From Vampirovibrionaceae bacterium NZW_1234 (GTDB taxonomy: Bacteria; Cyanobacteriota; Vampirovibrionia; Vampirovibrionales; JAGQHJ01), in NCBI GenBank assembly GCA_041697335.1, contig JBGUGD010000030.1:160001-224000 (forward strand): DNA of 64,000 nucleotides, in the 5' to 3' direction. This document shows, one piece after another, positions 46,097 through 56,147 of this stretch. The translations under genes were made by a program, and so were the position numbers. How positions within the stretch are numbered: position 1 is the first letter of the stretch; every line of letters begins with the position of its first letter. Below the pieces are notes generated by a model. It was not told where the DNA came from and did not search any database. It saw nothing but the letters and a program-made list of their open reading frames with translations.

Positions 46097-47623
46097 ATGA
46101 AGGTGGTTGCGAAATCCGGTAATGTATTGACCAGTGATGCTGACGCCTTGGTGGTCAACTTGTTTGAAGGCGTAACCCAGCCGGGGGGTGGCACGGGAGC
46201 GGTGGATCAGGCCTTGGATGGGGCGATTCGCCAAGAGATTGAACATGGCAAGGCCTTTAAAGGCAAACTGGGCGAAACCCTGATTTTGCCCACCTATGGA
46301 AAGCTTCCTGCACGCTATGTGGTGGTAGTTGGCTTAGGCAAGGCAGAGGATTGCAAAAGCCTGCAACTGCGTCGAGCGAGTGCTGCTGCGATTCGCGCCT
46401 GTCAAAAACTCAAGGTGTCTTCGGTAGCCACCTTGCTTCATGGGGCTGGGATTGGTCAAATTGATGCTCAGGCAGCGGCTCGGCTCTTGGCCGAAGGAGC
46501 CATTCTCGGCAATTACCGCTTCACGTTGAGAAAGACCAAAGACCCAGCGGATGAGCCTGTGTCCATTGACACGCTCACCGTGGTCGAACAGGATCAAGCA
46601 AAGCTGGGTGCGATTGAGACCGGTTTGCGGTGGGGGGCGGCCATTGCCCAAGCCACGTGCCAGGCGCGCGATTGGGTACAGGACAGCCCCAACTACGTAA
46701 CGCCCACATTTTTGGCAGAGCAAGCCCAAAAACTGAAGGGCGGGCAAGTGCAATGTCAGGTTTTGGACAAGGCCGAAATTGAAAAGCTGGGTATGGGGTC
46801 CTTTTTAAGTGTGGCTCGCGGCAGTGTGGAGCCCCCTAAGCTGATTCATTTGACCTACACGCCTGCGACCGGCACGCCCAAAAAGAAAGTGACCTTGGTG
46901 GGCAAGGGAATTACCTTTGATAGTGGGGGGTTGTCCTTAAAGCCAGCTGCGTCCATGGAACTGATGAAAAACGATATGACGGGTGCTGCGGTGGTCATTG
47001 CCACGATGCGGGCTCTGGCGGAACTGGGTGACCTGGATATCCAGGTGGATGTTGTGGCCCCATGCTGTGAGAACATGCCCAGTGGTCAGGCTAATCGTCC
47101 GGGAGACATTGTGACGGCCATGAACGGGAAGACCATTGAGATCAACAACACCGATGCTGAAGGTCGGCTGATCCTCTGTGATGCTCTGGTGTATGCCCAA
47201 AAACACATTCAGCCGGATGAGCTCATTGATCTGGCGACCTTGACAGGGGCATGCATTATGGCCTTGGGCAAAGAGGCCTCGGGCATTATGGGCACCGATG
47301 ACAGCCTGTTAGAAGCAGTCAGAAAAGCCGGAAATGTGGCAGGTGAAAGATTCTGGCCATTACCGCTTTTTGATGAATTCAAGGACATGCTTAAAAGCGA
47401 TGTGGCTGATCTGATTAATGCCGGCAGCAAAGGCCAAGCCGGGTCTTCTGCAGGTGGGATGTTTTTAAAAGCCTTTATCGAGGATAACCAAAAGTGGGTT
47501 CATCTGGACATTGCCGGGCCTTCCTGGACCGATCGCGATGTGCCCGAAGTCCCCAAAGGCGGTACGGGTGTGGGTGTACGAACATTACTATACTATTTGT
47601 ATCAGATTGCAGAAGTGTCTTAA
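46097..47623 (+). CDS. pepA: Leucyl aminopeptidase (M17)
   Basis: LVGKGITFDSGG, MKNDMTG, NTDAEGRL, DLATLTGA, WVHLDIAG; GAGGAG RBS. Confidence 0.95.
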   Translation: MKVVAKSGNVLTSDADALVVNLFEGVTQPGGGTGAVDQALDGAIRQEIEHGKAFKGKLGETLILPTYGKLPARYVVVVGLGKAEDCKSLQLRRASAAAIRACQKLKVSSVATLLHGAGIGQIDAQAAARLLAEGAILGNYRFTLRKTKDPADEPVSIDTLTVVEQDQAKLGAIETGLRWGAAIAQATCQARDWVQDSPNYVTPTFLAEQAQKLKGGQVQCQVLDKAEIEKLGMGSFLSVARGSVEPPKLIHLTYTPATGTPKKKVTLVGKGITFDSGGLSLKPAASMELMKNDMTGAAVVIATMRALAELGDLDIQVDVVAPCCENMPSGQANRPGDIVTAMNGKTIEINNTDAEGRLILCDALVYAQKHIQPDELIDLATLTGACIMALGKEASGIMGTDDSLLEAVRKAGNVAGERFWPLPLFDEFKDMLKSDVADLINAGSKGQAGSSAGGMFLKAFIEDNQKWVHLDIAGPSWTDRDVPEVPKGGTGVGVRTLLYYLYQIAEVS

Positions 47624-47770
47624 TTGTCTTTTAGACACTATCTTGCCCGTAGGATTTTTGTGTTATTTTTGCGCAGATCTGAGAAGATAGGCGTATAATA
47701 AAGTCATTACCTGGATGAGTGACTGCTGATCCTGAGAGGCCTTGCCATCAAGGGATTGGGAGTGACGCGT

Positions 47771-47788
47771 GTTACAAATTATTACAAA
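47771..47788 (+). promoter_or_regulatory. HLR1/OmpR-type direct repeat
   Basis: GTTACAAA-tt-ATTACAAA matches the cyanobacterial HLR1 (RpaB site) pattern. Confidence 0.4.
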
Positions 47789-47956
47789 TGTAGCTGTATG
47801 ATAGAGGCCCCTTTTGGCCAGAATGAAGGCGACTCCGACAGGGTTGCCGGGTCTCGCCTGAACAGAGGGAATTGTAAATCATTGGTTTAGGGAATAGCGA
47901 TCCGTGCCGATATACTCTAAGATAAGAATACGGAGTCAGGAAAGGCTTTGAACGCA

Positions 47957-48565
47957 ATGAATTTCAACAAGAGTCTCGTTGTAAAAGAAGCTGTAATGGG
48001 AAGTATTGCCGTTTTTCGTGAGCGTCGGCTTCCTGTCCAACTCAATCCGCGCCAATTCAAAGTATTGGCGACCTCGCTGGGTGTGGCTGGTGTCATTGTC
48101 TTAGGTTTGTTTTTTATTTCCGGCCAAGGTGATCTGACGGTATTGCGTCAACGCCTGGTGGGGCAAGTTCATTTGAGTACCGGAGTGTATTCTGCTCGGA
48201 CAGTCACCCAGTTGAATCATTTGAGCTGGCAAAACGGCCTGGATATCTTAACCGCACTGGAAACGGTGAACGGTAACCTGCGTCAGCTGGAAAAACTGCA
48301 GAGTAAACCTCGAACCAAAAAAGCCCACATTTTAGCCGCCCGTCGCTCGTTAAACGAGTCGGTCAAAAAGCTGGATGTCCTGCTTGCCGATCGCCAAATC
48401 CTGGAAGATGCGGCCAAAATTTTGAAGGCCAACACCTTGTATACGCCTGTATATCAGGAATTTCTCAAGGATACGATGGCACGTGTAGCCGATGCGTCTC
48501 CACGAAAAAACACATCTGAAAACCTGGTTCAGGATACAACTTTACCCCCGTTAACCCAACAATAA
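47957..48565 (+). CDS. Membrane-anchored coiled-coil hypothetical protein
   Basis: One TM segment followed by helical region; start uncertain. Confidence 0.65.
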   Translation: MNFNKSLVVKEAVMGSIAVFRERRLPVQLNPRQFKVLATSLGVAGVIVLGLFFISGQGDLTVLRQRLVGQVHLSTGVYSARTVTQLNHLSWQNGLDILTALETVNGNLRQLEKLQSKPRTKKAHILAARRSLNESVKKLDVLLADRQILEDAAKILKANTLYTPVYQEFLKDTMARVADASPRKNTSENLVQDTTLPPLTQQ

Positions 48566-48691
48566 TTTAGGCCGAAGGTTCAGGAAAGATACGCTTTGGC
48601 GGATCAGAAACGTTTTCGGGACTCGTATTTTCGTTGACGCCCTGATGACGGCTGCTCAAAGTGTGCCCTATGCTTTGTGGGGTGTTTCGAT

Positions 48692-48721
48692 TGAAAAAGA
48701 AAAAGAGGGCCGAAGCCCTCT
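48692..48721 (-). terminator. Intrinsic terminator
   Basis: Minus strand agagggc-TTCG-gccctct hairpin followed by T-rich tract. Confidence 0.8.
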
Positions 48722-48785
48722 CTAAAGATTGGTAGACGATTGGTTAGTATCACAGGAACAAAAGATTGGTGTTGTGTTGTAATGC

Positions 48786-49931
48786 CTATTCGATACCCAA
48801 CTGCCGCTGTTGTGGGATGATGCCCCGGGCTTGTTGCAGATTGGGCTGGATACCTGGATTGCCAGCAATGCCTTGTCTTGGAATGATGGGGCGAATCCCT
48901 GTAGCCTGCCCCGGTCTTATGCCAGGTTGGCCAAGGGGAGTCCCGGGTTGACCTTGTCCCACAAAAGGGGCACCTGTGGGATTGCCGACGCCTTGGAAGT
49001 TAATCCCTGGATTAACTTGTGGTGCTACGTTACCATTTCCCAGCTGCCCAATGATGTTGCCTGCTGGGGTATTGCCGCCGCTCAGGAGATCGATCCCTGC
49101 GTTCCCTTGCGGGATGGGTAAGCCGCCATTGGTGAATTGACCAATAATATTCCCGGCAGGAGAATTGCCGCCTGTGGCAATGTTCACACCACCATTGGGG
49201 CCGACTGTGGGAAACCCGCCATTGGTGAGTTGGCCGATGATATTCCCGGCAGGAGAATTGCCGCCTGTGGCAATGTTCGCACCACCATTGGCACCTACGA
49301 CGGGGAAGCCTCCGTTGGTGAGTTGAGCAATAATGTTGCCCCCGGGGGAATTCCCACCCGCTGCAATATTGGCCCCACCGGTACCCATGGAGACGGGAAA
49401 GCCGCCGTTGGTGAGGAGGGAAATAATACCGGCACTGCGGGTTGTCCCGCCGCTTAAGACACTGTTGTCAAAATTGGGCAGAAAACCAAAGGGGTTGTTG
49501 CCGAAAATTTGAGAAACGATATTGGTTCCTTGCCGCCAGGGTGGCGTCCAGGAGACGGGTAACCCAATCGGGCGCCCAGGACCGATATTGGGGCGACCAA
49601 ACCCACTGAACCAGTTTTGACTTTGGTTGAGTACCACTTGCAGGAGTTGAATAATGACATCGAGCAATTGATCATCCAGGGAGGGTCTTGTGGGGCCTGG
49701 AGGAGAAATCCGTCTTGTCAGAGATGCACTGGTTTCGGGAGGGGCATCAGCACCCCGGGTGCCACCATTGGTAGCGCCATTGGAACTGCCGCCACCGCTT
49801 GTTTCTGGGTTTGCAAGGCGAATAAAGCTAAATGACTCAATCTGTCCTTCATTGTCGGTTTTGATTTTGAGCTCGCCATTCTTGGGCAAGCCGCGCACCA
49901 TCGACGCTGGGTTCAATGCCACGTCAGACAT
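48786..49931 (-). CDS. Gly/Asn/Pro-rich protein with 31-aa tandem repeats
   Basis: Start MSDVAL after GGAGG; four 93-bp repeats LTNGGFPxxxxxGGANIAxGGNSPAGNIIGQ. Confidence 0.75.
   Translation of the reverse strand: MSDVALNPASMVRGLPKNGELKIKTDNEGQIESFSFIRLANPETSGGGSSNGATNGGTRGADAPPETSASLTRRISPPGPTRPSLDDQLLDVIIQLLQVVLNQSQNWFSGFGRPNIGPGRPIGLPVSWTPPWRQGTNIVSQIFGNNPFGFLPNFDNSVLSGGTTRSAGIISLLTNGGFPVSMGTGGANIAAGGNSPGGNIIAQLTNGGFPVVGANGGANIATGGNSPAGNIIGQLTNGGFPTVGPNGGVNIATGGNSPAGNIIGQFTNGGLPIPQGNAGIDLLSGGNTPAGNIIGQLGNGNVAPQVNPGINFQGVGNPTGAPFVGQGQPGTPLGQPGIRPGQATGIRPIIPRQGIAGNPGIQPNLQQARGIIPQQRQLGIE
49044..49415 (-). repeat. Four 93-bp coding tandem repeat units
   Basis: Unit starts at 49415, 49322, 49229, 49136, then a partial unit from 49043. 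Confidence 0.85.
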
Positions 49932-50028
49932 TCGATACCTCCGAGAAAAATCCTTGATACACACACACGACACACAATCTATGTTTGTATAAAAACAGGC
50001 AAGTGTGGAATGCTGCCTTAAAAAAATA

Positions 50029-50063
50029 TTAAGCCCCGGATCCCAGATTAGGGCGGGGCTTAA
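50029..50063 (-). terminator. Intrinsic terminator
   Basis: ttaagccccg...cggggcttaa inverted repeat followed by T-tract on the minus strand. Confidence 0.65.
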
Positions 50064-50099
50064 AACGAGCTTGGCTTTTGCGTTTGAGAGGGCCTGAAA

Positions 50100-50537
50100 T
50101 TAACCGACCTTCTCCAAGGGTAATACCGGGCTATCGAACTCAGGAGTCCGGTGGGGGATTTTTAAACCCAGTTCCTGCATCACAAATTCAAATACCCAAC
50201 GGGTGGCAGCCTTGCGACTGTATTTGGGGTAAGCCTGTAGAATAGCCTCTTCGGCATCAATACCCATCCGAATTAATGCCATAGCCGCAGTAGAGCGGAC
50301 ATTAATATGGGCGGTTGCCAAACTCTTGACGAGCTCTGGAATGGCCAGGGCACCGGCTTTGACCAACACATTTTCAATTTCGGTAGAGAAACTGTTGTCG
50401 GCATATACCAACGCTTTCAGAAGGTAGTGGATGCCATCTTTGGTCAGGAGGGGATCTGAGGCGGATGCTGGCTTTGATGAGCTGCTGATGAGTTTTAGCT
50501 TCAAAGCTTCGAGGCTAATCGGTGCCTGTCTCACCAT
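50100..50537 (-). CDS. HEAT-repeat (PBS lyase-like) small protein
   Basis: LVKAGALAIPELVKSL...VRSTAAMALIRMG; likely start MVRQ at 50537. Confidence 0.7.
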   Translation of the reverse strand: MVRQAPISLEALKLKLISSSSKPASASDPLLTKDGIHYLLKALVYADNSFSTEIENVLVKAGALAIPELVKSLATAHINVRSTAAMALIRMGIDAEEAILQAYPKYSRKAATRWVFEFVMQELGLKIPHRTPEFDSPVLPLEKVG

Positions 50538-50856
50538 TATGTTAAGTCTCCGTGCGATATCCGAATGGGATTGAGTATCATAATCTCTTCTATTGTTTAT
50601 AGCGGATCTTAGAGCAAGGTGCAACGCGAGGGGCAGGGCATGATGTAAAGGAAGCTTTAGGCTTTCCAAGCTTCTTTATATCTCGTAGTGTTACATGCAT
50701 GGATATCGATCGCAACCCTGATGAAGATTGCCTTGGTATGACGCTAAAAATGGGGTAAACGTGGGTGTTAAGGCGGATGACCGGTCCTGATATGATCCCT
50801 ACTTTTTTTTCAAAGATCGTTTACCAAATCTTTACATCTTCTTAATTTAGGATCGG

Positions 50857-51723
50857 TTAAATTGAGGAGGTCATTGGGGTAGACAGGGTGATGGGACATC
50901 CGGGTTGGGTCGAAAGATACGTGGCAGCATTGCCTTGGGGAAGAGCGATCTCAAGCATGCCGTGACTGCCTGGTATAAGGACGAGACTGGTATTGTCAGA
51001 CGATGGATCTGCAAGATAAAAGGGGCGTGATGTCACCGAGATCCGACGGTTGGGAAGCGTTAAAAGTAACTGGATTCCCTCGGCCGGGAGCCACGCATGA
51101 GGGATGTTGGTGATCAGATTGCCGTAGGTATCAATCACATCTATTTCCCCCTGCCACCGCATTGCCTCCGGGCGCTGGGGATGACCCAAGGGTAGGTGAG
51201 TGATTTCCGTGGGAGAGAGACAGTGCCCCAACTCGTTTAGCGTGTTCTCCAGGTTGTGCGTGATAAAGGCGTTGGCCAGATGAGCGGCCACGGGGGCATA
51301 TATGTCTCGGCCATGAAAGCTTTGACTGGGAAGGGTTTCTGGAATGCGGTAAAAACGAGGATTGGTCAGCGCAACAACATGGGCTAAGCGATCGCTGGTA
51401 GGCGGTAAAATGCGTGTGGCTAGCCCGTTGTTGGGGAGAACCACCCCTTTGTGGACGTCGGGAAAGTAAATGGCCAGGGGAAGCTGATCCGGGCTGCCGA
51501 CATGGGGATCAACCACGGCAACCAAAAACGCGCCCGGAGGGAAGGCATCAAAGGCCTGCTGCAAGACCCAGCTGCCATGGCGGATGTCCTGGGGTGGGAT
51601 GTGGTGGGCAATGTCCAGGATGGGGATTGTTGGGGCAAAGCCCTGGATGACCCCTTTCAGAACCCCGGTAAACCCGTCGCGGTCTCCAAAATCTGTGATG
51701 AGTCCAATGCAGGCGTGTGTCAT
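50857..51723 (-). CDS. SAM hydroxide adenosyltransferase / SAM-dependent halogenase family (DUF62)
   Basis: LITDFG, DIAH, VAVVDPHVGS, PNNG, SFHGRDIYAPVAA, IDTYGNLITN, GMLEIA. Confidence 0.9.
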   Translation of the reverse strand: MTHACIGLITDFGDRDGFTGVLKGVIQGFAPTIPILDIAHHIPPQDIRHGSWVLQQAFDAFPPGAFLVAVVDPHVGSPDQLPLAIYFPDVHKGVVLPNNGLATRILPPTSDRLAHVVALTNPRFYRIPETLPSQSFHGRDIYAPVAAHLANAFITHNLENTLNELGHCLSPTEITHLPLGHPQRPEAMRWQGEIDVIDTYGNLITNIPHAWLPAEGIQLLLTLPNRRISVTSRPFYLADPSSDNTSLVLIPGSHGMLEIALPQGNAATYLSTQPGCPITLSTPMTSSI

Positions 51724-51793
51724 ACGAATCGTGGCAATCTGGCTATCTTCCGTGTACGATTTTAAGTGGTAACACAAGCAAGGAAGGAATGCG

Positions 51794-52756
51794 ATGCCGG
51801 TTGTGGTGTACTACGGGGATGAGCCCTTTCTCCTCGAACAGGCCGTTAAACAGCTGCGCCAAGCCGTGGTGAATCCCGCCATGGCGAGCTTATGCCACCG
51901 GGTTTATAGTCAGCCTTCTCTGGCAACTGTTTTAGAGGCTGTCGGGAGCGTGTCTCTGGCTCTGGGTGGACAAACCTTGATTGAAATTCGGGATTTCCCC
52001 CTGTTGCATAACGCAGCCAAAGATTCGGCCACGGAAAAACAGTTGGAAGAATTAAAGGGTTTGCTTGAGGCTGTTGACGCCAGCAAAACCATCTTGTTTT
52101 ACAGTGCCAAGCTCGACGGCAAAATCAAATTTCCCAAGTGGCTGGCCAAGCACCCACAGTTTACGGTGCAGAAGTTCGAGGCCTTTAAATTCTGGGAAAC
52201 CCAAAAGGTGGTGGATTTTCTGAGAAGCTATGCTGCACAGCACCACATTGCGTTAAGTGGGGAGGCTGCGGAACTTTTGGTGGAAAGCCTGGGGACAGAT
52301 CTGCGTCAACTCACCAATGAAGTGGGGAAACTTCAGCTCTATGCCGACGGTCGGACGATTACGCCGGAGGATGTGATGCGGATGGGCAACCACAGTGACA
52401 ACCTGTTTCATGTGATCACCCGGTGGATTTTGCAGGAAAAGCCGGCCGACAACTTTCGGGATCTGCAGGAAATTTTGCTTCGACGCCATCCGGTTGAAGT
52501 GTTTGCCACCATGCAGAGTGTGTTTAACAATATTTTTCGGGTGATGTGGCTCAGTCAACACGGCGCCTCCATTGATGCCATTGCCTCTCGCACCGGGCAG
52601 AAGCCCTTTACCATTCGTAAGCATTTGTCCGATTACCGACGTGTCTCCCGGGCGCGTTGGTTATCCCTCAAGCATCAGTTGGCCGAGCTGGAGTGGAAAT
52701 CCAAGACCGGACAATTGGAAGGGCATCTGGCCCTGGAAACCTTGTTGGGGACCTAA
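51794..52756 (+). CDS. holA: DNA polymerase III subunit delta
   Basis: YYGDEPFL, LVESLGTDLRQLTNEVGKL, KSKTG; adjacent to holB. Confidence 0.88.
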   Translation: MPVVVYYGDEPFLLEQAVKQLRQAVVNPAMASLCHRVYSQPSLATVLEAVGSVSLALGGQTLIEIRDFPLLHNAAKDSATEKQLEELKGLLEAVDASKTILFYSAKLDGKIKFPKWLAKHPQFTVQKFEAFKFWETQKVVDFLRSYAAQHHIALSGEAAELLVESLGTDLRQLTNEVGKLQLYADGRTITPEDVMRMGNHSDNLFHVITRWILQEKPADNFRDLQEILLRRHPVEVFATMQSVFNNIFRVMWLSQHGASIDAIASRTGQKPFTIRKHLSDYRRVSRARWLSLKHQLAELEWKSKTGQLEGHLALETLLGT

Positions 52757-52759
52757 ACG

Positions 52760-53761
52760 ATGCGGACGTTGATTGATTTTGAAGCGGCTCAGCCTTTTGC
52801 GGTGAACTTTTTTACCCAGGCCCTTCAAACCCATACATGGGTGAATGCCTATATTCTACGGGGCAAGGATCTGGGGGCTGTCTATGGCATGATCTTGCGG
52901 CTGGCCCAGATTCTGAACTGCCCCGAAAAACCTGGGCCCGTATCTGCCTGTGGGCAGTGTCAGTCCTGTCGCTGGATTGAAGAAAATGCCCACCCCGGTG
53001 TGGTCACCGTCTCCAATTTGACCTACCTGACGCATGTCGATCCGCAGACCGGGGCCGCTCGCAGTAAAACCGGCAAGGCCCAACGTTCTATTGTGGTGGA
53101 TCAGCTGGATCAGTTGCTGCATGAGCTCAATCTCCACAGTGGGGGCTTTCATCGGGTGGTCATTTTAACCGGCGCCCAGGAGGTTTCTCAAGAGGGCGAG
53201 GATCATCAATCGCCCTTTGCGGTGCCCAGAGATTGGCAGGCCCAGGACGCGGGACGGCTTGCCTGGGTGCCCTTGGACCGTAAGCTGTTTCCCGATGTGC
53301 TGGCCAACAAGTTCTTGAAGACCCTGGAGGAGCCCCCGCGCGATGTTCTTTTCTTTCTGATGACGGACAGTGAAGAGAAGCTCCTGGATACCATTGTCTC
53401 TCGGTGTCAGATGGTGCCGTTCAAGACGCCGGCGTCGTTTTTTGAGACTCGTTTTTCCCCGGCGGCCGAGCAGGTCTATCATCACCTGCTCAGCGAATTG
53501 GGGCGCCAAGACTTTTTAAGCCAGACCCAGACCTTAGTGGCCTATTTATCGGAAAACCACGTGAGTGCTGCCGAGGCGTTGGCCGGGTTTCAGCAGTTTA
53601 TTTGGGAGTCTTCCAAGCGGACCGGCCTGCCGGAGCAACGCTACGGCCACGTGACCTCGATGATCCGAAAAATTGACCATGCCCGGCGCATGTTGGAAGA
53701 CAAGGTCCGTGAAGAGGCGGTTTTGGAAGATCTGTTTTTACAGCTGGCTCAGGCGGGATAA
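52760..53761 (+). CDS. holB: DNA polymerase III subunit delta'
   Basis: LNC...ACGQCQSC zinc motif, HP, NKFLKTLEEPP, LLDTIVSRCQ. Confidence 0.88.
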   Translation: MRTLIDFEAAQPFAVNFFTQALQTHTWVNAYILRGKDLGAVYGMILRLAQILNCPEKPGPVSACGQCQSCRWIEENAHPGVVTVSNLTYLTHVDPQTGAARSKTGKAQRSIVVDQLDQLLHELNLHSGGFHRVVILTGAQEVSQEGEDHQSPFAVPRDWQAQDAGRLAWVPLDRKLFPDVLANKFLKTLEEPPRDVLFFLMTDSEEKLLDTIVSRCQMVPFKTPASFFETRFSPAAEQVYHHLLSELGRQDFLSQTQTLVAYLSENHVSAAEALAGFQQFIWESSKRTGLPEQRYGHVTSMIRKIDHARRMLEDKVREEAVLEDLFLQLAQAG

Positions 53762-53850
53762 GTTCTAAAAATATTACAAATGTGACACAATTCTTGCATC
53801 CCAGTGGATGAGCGGGCTAGAATGAACCGTAATACTTAAATGGATGGGTA

Positions 53851-56118
53851 TTGTTCGTGATAGTCCCTGTACATCACGTCCCGGCACAATCAAGTGTTGT
53901 CCCCCCGAAAGCAAAAGGCTACGGGTACCCGCCAAAACACACCTATCTCCCAGCAGTTCAACACAATAGCCTATTTACCGCCCCCCGATTCGGGACGGAT
54001 AAGGAAGTGCATCGCACTGGGGAGACGAAGTTTATTCATGTCTTGCAACATGCGGCAGCCCCCTTTCGAGAATTGCTGCAAGGGCTCGCATTGGCGGTTC
54101 GCCGTTTTGGTCAATGGTTGGGCAATGTCTGGTTTCGGATTATGCGCATGGTGTCTCCGGTTTCGGTGCCCCAGCTGCGTGATGCTCTCAACCCGTTGAT
54201 GGTTCAAGCTCAACATCGGTTCCCCATTCCCATGGTTCGTGCCAAGCTCCTCAAAGAAGGGTCGCCGGATGCGCTTTTGCCCTATCGGGAGTTGGAGCGC
54301 CGCTATCGGCGGAATCCGGAGCAGCGGGTACGCTTGCTGGAAAACTTTGTGACCTCCGAAGCCACGGCTTATTTGGCCAGCCATCTGCTGGCCTTGCAGG
54401 AAGCCATCCGAAATCCGGGCCAACCCCTGCGGATTGATCGAAGCCACATCCCCGCGGCGGTTCGGATGGGGGTGGATGATGCCAATGCCATCGTGGCCCG
54501 GCGCACCAAAGAATTGCTTTATGCCAAGGACAAGCAGCCCATTGCGGACAACCTGTATAACCTGATTCTGGAGTCACCCAAGGTGGCCTTGCACGAGCAT
54601 TATCGTGGGTGTGCGCCCATGGCCATGGTGCGGGCGTGGTTTATGGCCCAGAATGACCCCATTGCCTTTAAGTCCAATGATGAGTTGGAAGAATACTGCC
54701 GGATTGATCGTCTGTTTACCCCGGACGGCGAGGGCCCGCTGTATCAACCGAGTTTGGATCGATACCGCTGGAAGAACGACAATATCGTCTCGGTCTCCAT
54801 TAATTCAACGGAGACGGCGTATATGGCGGCCTATATGTATACCCTTCGTTCCGGGTTGGAAAATGTCCGCTACTTCGAGTATCGCCTAAACCCCATCAGT
54901 AAAGGGGTAAAGGACTCTATCGCCTACGCAAAGGCCATCCAGCAGGGTATTCACGATGGCAAGATGTTTCTCAAGGAATCTCGGGGGCAGGATATTGATG
55001 CCAACCTGATCTATTCCGCCGACCGGCAGCCCAAACCCGGGGTGGAGGTGAACAATCCGCTGGCGCCAAAGATTGATGATCGGATTTGGCTGGCGATGAA
55101 GATTATTGTTCTGGCCATCAAGTCTCGTCTGATGGGGATGCATGTGACCGGGTTTGATGTTCAGGGCTCTGAAGCCAACTACGCCATTATGGACTTTGAA
55201 CCCGTGGCTCGGATGCTGGCCCGTTGGAATCGGGTGGCCAAGGCCATGAACCAGATGAAGATGCCGGGCTGGGAGAAGGACTACCGTGTGGGTGCAACGC
55301 TTCACTCGGGTGAAACGCCACTGTCCGGCTTGATTAGCCATAAAGATGCGCCCATTACCGGGGCCGAATCTGTGGAGCGTTCCGTGGAGCTGTTCACCCG
55401 GAAGGACACCTCGCCCATGAATCTGATGGCCGTGGGGCAGGCGATTCAACAGTTACTCAAGACCCCGGACACGCAACTGGATGACGCCACCACCTTACGG
55501 GTCATCGATCTGCTGTTGCCCAAGGAGGACCGACGGAAACTGGGGACAAGTCGCGGGGCCTTGAAAGCCGAATCCCAGGCCATGCCTGCGCCCAATGAGC
55601 TGCCCCCGGATCAGGACCCGGACATTGATACCCCGGTGCGCATTGGCCATGGGGTGCAGCTGAAGTTCGGGCCGCGTTGGTTGATTGATGCCTGCTGGAA
55701 GCACAAGATTGGGTTTGAACAATGTCCCAAGAGCAATGTGCAGACCGGGGCCGTGTCCTACTATAACGAATTGCCCACCCTGGTGATGTCTCGTCCCCGG
55801 GACGAGGGCCACGGGTTGATGGTGTCCATCAGCCGCGATAACGGGACGACCTCCAAGACGAATATGCCCAACGAACTGGTGAAGTTGACCCGTCACCTGA
55901 AGGCCCGTCACGAGGATCGCAAGCGCTTCCAGATCAACGGGATTCAAACGGCCTTTCTCTTTGACCCGGAGCTAAAGACCAAGATTCGCCAGGAGATGTT
56001 ACAGCGCTTCCACCGTCTGGAGTCTCGCCCGGCTTATGGTGAAGTCATTCGTCACGAGCAGGATCCACGTCTGTTTAAGCGGCTGATTGAAAATCGCCGG
56101 GGGGCTCACACGGCCTGA
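53851..56118 (+). CDS. Adenosine/AMP deaminase-fold protein with long N-terminal extension
   Basis: PKVALHEHYRG, ENVRYFEYR, VTGFDVQGSE, TLHSGE, RIGHG, EQCPKSN, SISRDN. Confidence 0.78.
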   Translation: MFVIVPVHHVPAQSSVVPPKAKGYGYPPKHTYLPAVQHNSLFTAPRFGTDKEVHRTGETKFIHVLQHAAAPFRELLQGLALAVRRFGQWLGNVWFRIMRMVSPVSVPQLRDALNPLMVQAQHRFPIPMVRAKLLKEGSPDALLPYRELERRYRRNPEQRVRLLENFVTSEATAYLASHLLALQEAIRNPGQPLRIDRSHIPAAVRMGVDDANAIVARRTKELLYAKDKQPIADNLYNLILESPKVALHEHYRGCAPMAMVRAWFMAQNDPIAFKSNDELEEYCRIDRLFTPDGEGPLYQPSLDRYRWKNDNIVSVSINSTETAYMAAYMYTLRSGLENVRYFEYRLNPISKGVKDSIAYAKAIQQGIHDGKMFLKESRGQDIDANLIYSADRQPKPGVEVNNPLAPKIDDRIWLAMKIIVLAIKSRLMGMHVTGFDVQGSEANYAIMDFEPVARMLARWNRVAKAMNQMKMPGWEKDYRVGATLHSGETPLSGLISHKDAPITGAESVERSVELFTRKDTSPMNLMAVGQAIQQLLKTPDTQLDDATTLRVIDLLLPKEDRRKLGTSRGALKAESQAMPAPNELPPDQDPDIDTPVRIGHGVQLKFGPRWLIDACWKHKIGFEQCPKSNVQTGAVSYYNELPTLVMSRPRDEGHGLMVSISRDNGTTSKTNMPNELVKLTRHLKARHEDRKRFQINGIQTAFLFDPELKTKIRQEMLQRFHRLESRPAYGEVIRHEQDPRLFKRLIENRRGAHTA

Positions 56119-56147
56119 GCCGCCCAATAGGAGTTTTTTCTTGTGCG

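Noticed and set aside
47700..47870. Structured RNA (6S or riboswitch) upstream of the gene at 47957
   Set aside because: Only short imperfect hairpins are visible and I recognise no family motif; an Infernal search would be needed
50857..51723. Fluorinase/chlorinase natural-product gene
   Set aside because: Standard DUF62 motifs including the HGRD arginine, housekeeping context beside holA, and no biosynthetic cluster; SAM hydrolase is more likely
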